From IMG/VR virus record IMGVR_UViG_3300027406_000071: DNA of 64,000 nt; one strand, written 5' to 3'. Positions 58,438 to 64,000 of this stretch are shown here, in pieces. Every line of letters starts with the position of its first letter. Position 1 is the first letter of the stretch. The position numbers and the translations under genes were made by a program. This stretch comes from an uncultured virus (IMG/VR IMGVR_UViG_3300027406_000071). Lineage: Duplodnaviria > Heunggongvirae > Uroviricota > Caudoviricetes. The notes below the pieces were generated by a model. That model ran no database searches. It was not told where the DNA came from and was given only the letters and a program-made list of their open reading frames with translations.

Positions 58438-58613
58438 AAAAATTGTTTAAATTGTGTTTCTTCTTTTTTTCTAGATTCTTCTAGTTTTTTTACATGATAT
58501 TCTCTGGCATATTGTTCCATGATCTTGCTCATTGTTGTGTAATGAGAAAATGCATCACTATCTATATTTTTATTTGGCCATTCATTTTTATCTAACCATT
58601 CTTTTGCTGTCAT
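58434..58613 (-). CDS. Small hypothetical protein (59 aa, absent from ORF track)
   Basis: MTAKEWLDKN...FKQFL; ATGA overlaps at both ends. Confidence 0.6.
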   Translation of the reverse strand: MTAKEWLDKNEWPNKNIDSDAFSHYTTMSKIMEQYAREYHVKKLEESRKKEETQFKQFL

Positions 58614-58939
58614 TTTCTTTTCTTTTGAAATAATGGTATAGTCAATGTAACTGTGGCTCCTCCCATCATAGTAGCTAACACATCTCTGCGCTCTACCGTA
58701 CCACCAGTTCTACTATCATACAATTCTTTTAATATACCTGCTGAAATTGATGCTAACATTCCCGTTATTTGAGCTCTTGTTTTATTATTATGTTTTTTAT
58801 ATGACCAATAATAACCTACTGTGCTAGCTGCTGCGCCTGCTATAAAATGTATTTGTTTGTCTTTCTCTTGTAAAATAAAATTCTGCCCAACCATGTTTGT
58901 TGTTAACATAAATAGAATTATTAAAAAGAAATGTCTCAT
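58610..58939 (-). CDS. YfiM/DUF2279-like membrane protein
   Basis: DKQIHFIAG, KELYD, DVLATMMG. Confidence 0.7.
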   Translation of the reverse strand: MRHFFLIILFMLTTNMVGQNFILQEKDKQIHFIAGAAASTVGYYWSYKKHNNKTRAQITGMLASISAGILKELYDSRTGGTVERRDVLATMMGGATVTLTIPLFQKKRK

Positions 58940-59175
58940 CGGTTTGCTCTTTGGTTTTTTGATTTAAATCTGATACCATCATTATTTTTGGCATGCTTTG
59001 TCTTTCTGCCTTTAACTCGCTCTCTCCACATTTTAAATGAGGATTCTTTCATGTGCTTCCTCATTAACTTCCTAACATCATTCTCTTTAAGTCCGAATTG
59101 GAATTCAATGGCCTCAAATGGAGTTCTATCCTCCCAAGCCATTTCTATAATTCTATCAATTTGTTCTTCTGTCAT
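58936..59175 (-). CDS. TIGR03643/DUF2805-family protein
   Basis: DRIIEMAWEDRTPFEAI...SFKMWRERV.GRKTKH. Confidence 0.85.
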   Translation of the reverse strand: MTEEQIDRIIEMAWEDRTPFEAIEFQFGLKENDVRKLMRKHMKESSFKMWRERVKGRKTKHAKNNDGIRFKSKNQRANR

Positions 59176-59255
59176 TTTGATCCTAGTATCATTAGAGTAA
59201 AAAACCCAATCACTGTAAGAATATTAATTATTGTATAAATTCTTTCTTCTTTCAT
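59172..59255 (-). CDS. 27-aa single-TM peptide (absent from ORF track)
   Basis: MKEERIYTIINILTVIGFFTLMILGSK; ATGA overlaps at both ends. Confidence 0.45.
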   Translation of the reverse strand: MKEERIYTIINILTVIGFFTLMILGSK

Positions 59256-59506
59256 TTCTCTGTATAATTGTTCGTTAGTAACGTCAATAGAATATTCACC
59301 TCTGTAGGATTAGTAAATCTAATCTCCGGAGTTTCAAATGCCTCAACATACCATCCATCTTCTTCAACCTCATCACTTGCTGGTGAGATTAAGCTGAAGT
59401 TACCTACGTCGTATGTGTAGTAGTGGAAGTCATTTGGTGCTCCACTATTCTCAGCTGTCTCGTCATTGCGAGTGAAGTCTAATTCTATTAGTTGCTTTTC
59501 TGTCAT
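59252..59506 (-). CDS. Hypothetical protein
   Basis: Starts inside the repeated junction. Confidence 0.65.
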   Translation of the reverse strand: MTEKQLIELDFTRNDETAENSGAPNDFHYYTYDVGNFSLISPASDEVEEDGWYVEAFETPEIRFTNPTEVNILLTLLTNNYTEK

Positions 59507-59518
59507 CTCTCTTTGGTG

Positions 59519-59677
59519 TTAAAGACAATGGTCATTTAATGGTATATCATTCTCATTCTTATACCCAAGTCCAAGTGTAATATCCTCTTTAGTGGTAAGC
59601 GTTGTACCATCTTTATAAGTGATAGTTACTACTCCTTCTTTGACTTCAATCATTTGAACATTGTCTAATGGTTTCAT
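59519..59677 (-). CDS. 52-aa hypothetical protein (absent from ORF track)
   Basis: MKPLDNVQMI...NDHCL between two junction repeats. Confidence 0.6.
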   Translation of the reverse strand: MKPLDNVQMIEVKEGVVTITYKDGTTLTTKEDITLGLGYKNENDIPLNDHCL

Positions 59678-59958
59678 CTCTCTTTGGTGTTAAAGGTTTC
59701 TAATATATGTAGAGCAAAGTCTGCCATCATATCATAGTGATAATGAGCATAGGTTTGTCCTTCACTACGATTAGACTGAACAAAGTCATCAGTCATAGAT
59801 AGAATCTTGTCGTGTGTATCAGTACCATATTCTGCTAATACTTTATCCCACTCCTTTTTTAGCACCTCTTTAGGTGTTGTCTTAACGATGTGTTCCATCT
59901 CTTCACCAAAGTTGTCAAAATCTGCTTCTGGATTGTAATTTGGATTTACTTCACTCAT
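59674..59958 (-). CDS. Hypothetical protein ending ETFNTKER
   Basis: Bounded by junction repeats. Confidence 0.65.
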   Translation of the reverse strand: MSEVNPNYNPEADFDNFGEEMEHIVKTTPKEVLKKEWDKVLAEYGTDTHDKILSMTDDFVQSNRSEGQTYAHYHYDMMADFALHILETFNTKER

Positions 59959-60104
59959 CTCTCTTTGGTGTTAAAGGTTTCTTCCTTGTAGTTCTTAATA
60001 CATTCCTCCTCCATTAGGTCAACCCATTTTGAGTACGAGATTTCTTCTCTATTAAGTTGCCATTCCAACTCTCTTACAAATCCTTGCTTTAAGTATTTAC
60101 CCAT
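59955..60104 (-). CDS. 49-aa hypothetical protein ending ETFNTKER (absent from ORF track)
   Basis: MGKYLKQGFV...EETFNTKER. Confidence 0.6.
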   Translation of the reverse strand: MGKYLKQGFVRELEWQLNREEISYSKWVDLMEEECIKNYKEETFNTKER

Positions 60105-60115
60105 TGTCTTTGGTG

Positions 60116-60361
60116 TTAAACATACATTGGAAAATCTACACCATGTCGGTGTACAAATGAGTTGTGTACCTCTTCATCTAATTCAATTCTTACATCAACA
60201 TCACTGTCCTTAAACATTCCAGTTAAAGCAGTAATATCAAAGTCAGTATATTCTTGATCTTCAGTTTTATCTTCTAGCGTTCTTAATGCAGTTTGATAAA
60301 CTTGTAATGCTTTTACAATAATATCCCTTTGTGGCTGTGGTAATTTAACTGTGTTTCTCAT
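60116..60361 (-). CDS. Hypothetical protein
   Basis: Start MRNTVK just after the upstream stop. Confidence 0.6.
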   Translation of the reverse strand: MRNTVKLPQPQRDIIVKALQVYQTALRTLEDKTEDQEYTDFDITALTGMFKDSDVDVRIELDEEVHNSFVHRHGVDFPMYV

Positions 60362-60362
60362 T

Positions 60363-60638
60363 CTAATCAACTTTTTCTTTTTTACGGCCTTTCCAATCTC
60401 TATCCATTCTATTCTTTCTAGCATTTTTAAGAGCTTCGCGTTCTTTATTAACTGGAAATCTACTAAAGTTTCCCATACCATCCATATCCACATCATCGCT
60501 CATCGATCCATGTCTATCATAATAGTTTGGATAGTTTTCTTCTCTTTGTTTTTTAGCACCATAGAAGATGTTCCATATTGTAAAATAGATGTAAACTGAA
60601 AATATCAGTCCACCCATAATAAAAAATCCTAGATTCAT
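60363..60638 (-). CDS. Small single-TM protein
   Basis: Start MNLGFF with ATGA overlap; DMDGMGNFSRF. Confidence 0.6.
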   Translation of the reverse strand: MNLGFFIMGGLIFSVYIYFTIWNIFYGAKKQREENYPNYYDRHGSMSDDVDMDGMGNFSRFPVNKEREALKNARKNRMDRDWKGRKKEKVD

Positions 60639-60823
60639 GAGTTTCTTCTTTGTCTGATCGCTATCGCAAAAAGGAGGATAGTTCCTGGCCAGTGTGCCGA
60701 ATACTGAGCTTCTTCTGTGTAACCTAATACTCCATAAGTTACGGAATATAGAAGGCATGCAAATGCTAAAATTACTGGGTACCAGTTATTAAAGAATTTT
60801 TTGAATTTGTTAATCTTGTTCAT
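60635..60823 (-). CDS. Small two-TM protein
   Basis: WYPVILAFACLLYSV...HWPGTILLFAIAI. Confidence 0.55.
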   Translation of the reverse strand: MNKINKFKKFFNNWYPVILAFACLLYSVTYGVLGYTEEAQYSAHWPGTILLFAIAIRQRRNS

Positions 60824-60839
60824 AATATTTAATTTATAG

Positions 60840-61691
60840 TTATTCATATGCTTTAGGGTTAGGTAATCCACTGTAATAATCCCAATCTTTTAAATCATCT
60901 CTGTGGATAGGTACATTCCATTTAGGATCATACCAAAATCTACGGTTCTTAGAATCTATACGAGTATCCATCATTTTGTTTCCATAACACAACATAAATT
61001 TTTCTTGAATTGCGTTTTCGCCAAATGGATTATCCCAATCTTTGATGCTTCCACCGCCCTTTGCGTATGCCAACATTGGAATATCTGTACATAATTCTAG
61101 TATTTTTGGGTACTTTGCAATTTGTTGTGCTGCCGGAAGAAATGGATCAACATCACCTGCTCTAAAAATAATTTCAGCTCTTAGATAATTACCAATACCA
61201 TTAAACCATTTTTGATCCATAAGAACCTCATATAATGGTTTACGAAATGTTTTTTTAGTTAGATTTGTCATGATATTCAAAAAGAATTCACGTGGTTCTG
61301 TTGTTGGATCTGGACCTCTTCCTTCATTCCAACTCAAACCTTGTGTCCATTTACCAAAACGTCTAACATCTACAAATGACAATGTTGTTCCATCTTTTCT
61401 ATAAAATTTAAGATGTGCGTGTTTGTCTTCTTGTCCAGTGTTAGTAGTTCTAAAATGACCACTCATACCCATAGTAATACGTATAGGAATAGTTGCTTCA
61501 CTATCATCATCTTTGATAGTTAATATGATCTCTTTACCTTTACTTTCTGAAGTTAGTGTAAAATATTTAAATGGGATATCTAATTCTGCCCCTTTGTGTT
61601 GAGGATTCTTTTTTACATTTGTGTAAATCATTCCACTTGATGCTTGATTTACATAGTCTGATGTTAATTTAAGTTCGGCTAGTTCTGGCAT
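60840..61691 (-). CDS. Fpg/Nei DNA glycosylase (NEIL1-like, no Zn finger)
   Basis: MPELAE, KGK, MGMSG, DVRRFG, H2TH GIGNYLRAEI; no CxxC pairs at the C-terminus. Confidence 0.9.
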   Translation of the reverse strand: MPELAELKLTSDYVNQASSGMIYTNVKKNPQHKGAELDIPFKYFTLTSESKGKEIILTIKDDDSEATIPIRITMGMSGHFRTTNTGQEDKHAHLKFYRKDGTTLSFVDVRRFGKWTQGLSWNEGRGPDPTTEPREFFLNIMTNLTKKTFRKPLYEVLMDQKWFNGIGNYLRAEIIFRAGDVDPFLPAAQQIAKYPKILELCTDIPMLAYAKGGGSIKDWDNPFGENAIQEKFMLCYGNKMMDTRIDSKNRRFWYDPKWNVPIHRDDLKDWDYYSGLPNPKAYE

Positions 61692-61693
61692 AA

Positions 61694-61918
61694 TTAAAAT
61701 GGTAAGTCTTGGTTCAACAATTTTTCTGTCTTGATTGCATCAATATCAACTTCCTTTACGTTTAATGATGCGAACGGTGTAATATGCAATTTATGTACAT
61801 CCCACTGTTGATTTGGGTGCAACGCATTCTGGTTTTTGGCGATCAGTTCTGCTTTAGAAAAAGCATGTTTATCATTGTCACCTTCAATGTAAACTTCATA
61901 AGTTACTGTATATCTCAT
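61694..61918 (-). CDS. Hypothetical early protein
   Basis: Directly downstream of a class I promoter. Confidence 0.65.
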   Translation of the reverse strand: MRYTVTYEVYIEGDNDKHAFSKAELIAKNQNALHPNQQWDVHKLHITPFASLNVKEVDIDAIKTEKLLNQDLPF

Positions 61919-61932
61919 AGTTCTGCTTTAAT

Positions 61933-61979
61933 ATTATACTACTAATATACAAAAAGTTTATGACATAAAAAAATCTGGG
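61933..61979 (-). promoter_or_regulatory. Class I promoter copy with CCCAGATTTT...TGTCA upstream element
   Basis: 18-mer identical to 33-50; upstream element also shared with 4-22. Confidence 0.7.
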
Positions 61980-61994
61980 TGAATTATTTTACTA

Positions 61995-62567
61995 CTAATG
62001 GTGAATTAATATATGATCATCGAAATATTGATCAAACATTTTGTTCCATTCTTTAGTTTCCATTAATGTAATATGTAGATTTTTACCATCTGGAAATGCA
62101 TTACTTGATAATCCCTTTGGAATGGTGAATATAACTACACCGTCATCTGCTAAATAAGATTTCATTTCAGATAATAATTCCGGTAACTCTTCTAATGGCA
62201 CATGTTCTAAAACTTCTGTACACATTATAATATCGAATGTTCCTGTTGGTTTTTTACAATATTCTGGGTGGGCAGGATCATATCTATAAAATCCTCTTAA
62301 TCTTGAACCAAAGTGTTCACTAGCAGTTTTACGTTCTTTAACTCCTGGAATTGGCACTTTTTTTGTCCAATGTACTCCAGTTCCAGATCCAAAATCTAAG
62401 ATAGTACCGCTACCTCTTTTATCTAATTCATATTCTAATTCGCCATATATCTTTTGAATTCCGCCCCCATCAAAAACTGTTTTTTCTTTTAACGTGACCA
62501 TTTTACCATTTCTTAAAAATGGTTTACCTTCAAAAATGTCTTTGTAATATTTTAGATATTTACTCAT
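61995..62567 (-). CDS. Class I SAM-dependent methyltransferase
   Basis: ILDFGSGTG, YDP, FDIIMCTEVLEHVP. Confidence 0.9.
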   Translation of the reverse strand: MSKYLKYYKDIFEGKPFLRNGKMVTLKEKTVFDGGGIQKIYGELEYELDKRGSGTILDFGSGTGVHWTKKVPIPGVKERKTASEHFGSRLRGFYRYDPAHPEYCKKPTGTFDIIMCTEVLEHVPLEELPELLSEMKSYLADDGVVIFTIPKGLSSNAFPDGKNLHITLMETKEWNKMFDQYFDDHILIHH

Positions 62568-62584
62568 TGTTTAAAGTTAAAAAA

Positions 62585-62646
62585 TGGAACAGATTCTACC
62601 ACAGGACGGGGGCCCATAACAGTGGTTAGATATAGAACCTGCTCCA
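62585..62646 (-). ncRNA. Candidate ~62-nt structured RNA or leader
   Basis: 14-bp closing stem UGGAGCAGGUUCUA/UAGAAUCUGUUCCA with G-U pairs only on the - strand; inner CCAC/GUGG helix. Confidence 0.5.
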
Positions 62647-62675
62647 ATAATATATTTATCATGGTTTTATTTCAT

Positions 62676-62700
62676 AAAAAAGCCTCTCGTTTGAGAGGCT
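62676..62700 (-). terminator. Intrinsic terminator after tRNA-Ala
   Basis: agcctctc-N4-gagaggct followed by U-tract on the - strand. Confidence 0.85.
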
Positions 62701-62707
62701 AATTTCG

Positions 62708-62815
<108 letters not shown>

Positions 62816-62825
62816 AATAAAAAAA

Positions 62826-63224
62826 GGAAGGATCGTGTACTAAGGTATACTAGCCTTAGAAGATCGACTTATTGTGTTGATTACTGCATACCAATCAACT
62901 TTACTATTATTTCAAGTTCTACTCAAGATGGTTAAATCTCGTTGTAGTGCCACAACGGCTTTGATTGTACTTTATCCCCTAATAAGACAGGATGTTCAGT
63001 CACTTAGGCAAGGCTTCCTCTCGGGTACTTGCAATGCTCTTAGAAAGATTAGTTTAGATATCTTTCCCGATCTACCACCTTCTACTCTGTCGAGTCTTAG
63101 TTACGCACTTTTGCAACTAAGCCGGAACTTGTCCGATGTCTAGTGTGCCTTAATCCCTCTTTCCGTCAGGATTTTTTCGGCAATACACTCACATTATCAA
63201 TGATCAATATCTAATGTGCCTTCC
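62826..63224 (-). ncRNA. Candidate ~400-nt highly structured non-coding RNA
   Basis: Ends pair (GGAAGG/CCUUCC); ten or more hairpins, GNRA loops, G-U pairs favour the - strand; no credible ORF. Confidence 0.75.
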
Positions 63225-63279
63225 AATATTTTAAAGAACGTTTCCTTGGTACTTTATATATACCAATTAATATTTGGTA

Positions 63280-63456
63280 CTATGCTTTGTTTGCTGCACT
63301 TACTGCAACTCTTACGTCTTGTGCTAATCCTTTGATTACTTGCATAGCCTTACGTACTCTTGTACCTGCTGCTTTGTTTCCTTTTTCTGAGAATTTTGCT
63401 GCATCCTCTTGGATGTTAGTCAATTCTTCTTGGATTTGATTTAATAATTCTGTCAT
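63280..63456 (-). CDS. Hc1-like histone-like protein (58 aa, absent from ORF track)
   Basis: DAAKFSEKGNKAAGTRVRKAMQVIKGLAQDVR. Confidence 0.85.
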   Translation of the reverse strand: MTELLNQIQEELTNIQEDAAKFSEKGNKAAGTRVRKAMQVIKGLAQDVRVAVSAANKA

Positions 63457-63518
63457 AATATTTGTTTTTTAAATTTATACCTGTTATACTCTGCTAAATT
63501 GATTTGTTTCAACTTTTT

Positions 63519-63725
63519 TTAATCTTTTTTACTTTCTCCGATTACTGTTACTGATTTTACATTTTCATCAGATGCTAATATATGATTAGCGTATGCTTCT
63601 GTGTTTTTAATATTGGAATAAATTCTCTTTTCTAGAGTTTTATATTCTACTTCAACATCCCATCCTCCTGGAACAAGACTTTTTGAATTAGTTCTATACT
63701 CATCACTTATATAATATCCTTCCAT
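63519..63725 (-). CDS. Hypothetical protein
   Basis: 68-aa ORF in operon. Confidence 0.6.
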   Translation of the reverse strand: MEGYYISDEYRTNSKSLVPGGWDVEVEYKTLEKRIYSNIKNTEAYANHILASDENVKSVTVIGESKKD

Positions 63726-63726
63726 A

Positions 63727-63894
63727 TTATTGTTTTTTTAATAAGATCCATAAAAATAAATATACTAGTGAGCTTGATGGAACTAATAAGAATATGATTC
63801 TCCATGCGAGTGCTGATGTATCTGACCATCTTGCGATTCCTCCACAAACTCCTCCTAAATACCTATTGTTTTTATTTCTTTTTATTGTTGTCAT
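63727..63894 (-). CDS. pspC: PspC-domain membrane protein (55 aa, absent from ORF track)
   Basis: KRNKNNRYLGGVCGGIA...WRIIFL...VYLFLWIL. Confidence 0.8.
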   Translation of the reverse strand: MTTIKRNKNNRYLGGVCGGIARWSDTSALAWRIIFLLVPSSSLVYLFLWILLKKQ

Positions 63895-64000
63895 TTTTGT
63901 CTTCTATTATATTACCGTAATCATCCATAAGTGGAGCATTTTTGATTTCTTTAAATATCCAAACCCATACTAAACCGAATATAATTCCTGCTATTGTCAT

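Larger units (their letters stand above)
59503..60120 (-). repeat. Four dispersed gene-junction repeats, (GAAAC)CTTTAACACCAAAGAGAGATGA
   Basis: Copies at 59503-59524, 59674-59700, 59955-59981 and partial 60107-60120. Confidence 0.9.

Noticed and set aside
59503..60120. Junction repeats as a CRISPR array
   Set aside because: Spacing is about 150-280 bp and irregular, the intervals are complete ORFs, and no cas genes are present
62874..63143. 89-aa + strand ORF
   Set aside because: Non-ATG start, antisense to the structured RNA, no recognisable motifs
62826..63224. RNase P RNA, tmRNA or group I intron
   Set aside because: No GAGGAAAGUCC, no tRNA-like ends, no convincing P7 pair, and it does not interrupt a gene

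Overview
A 64-kb, AT-rich, densely coding fragment of a large (probably jumbo, T4-like) bacteriophage, almost entirely on the - strand. The host is most likely Bacteroidota/Flavobacteriia: T9SS type A and B C-terminal signals, a TTTG-N19-TAnnTTnG-like promoter and A-rich leaders lacking Shine-Dalgarno sites. Contents: a RadA-like ATPase and a candidate replication origin (1.2-1.7 kb); a glycosyltransferase cluster with a GT60-type peptide GlcNAc-transferase directly beside mucin-like (PTATP) and collagen-like (GTSG) fibre proteins built from shared modules (2.3-21.8 kb); a family of proteins and polyproteins with a T4-like capsid-targeting leader (MKxVKLFEDFxNE) and internal xNE sites (8.4 and 22.8-35.3 kb); metabolic genes (kdsA, PAP2, thioesterase, M42 peptidase, thioredoxin, Fpg/Nei); a CsgG + beta-barrel + cohesin/dockerin + T9SS-substrate cluster (37.9-45.7 kb); a second sugar cluster with a GT9-GT4-TibC-like fusion; an amidase endolysin; small genes joined by a repeated ETFNTKER junction; tRNA-Ala(UGC); and an unannotated ~400-nt highly structured RNA. 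Three recurring promoter motif classes are visible. All family calls come from recognising motifs by eye; no database search was run.
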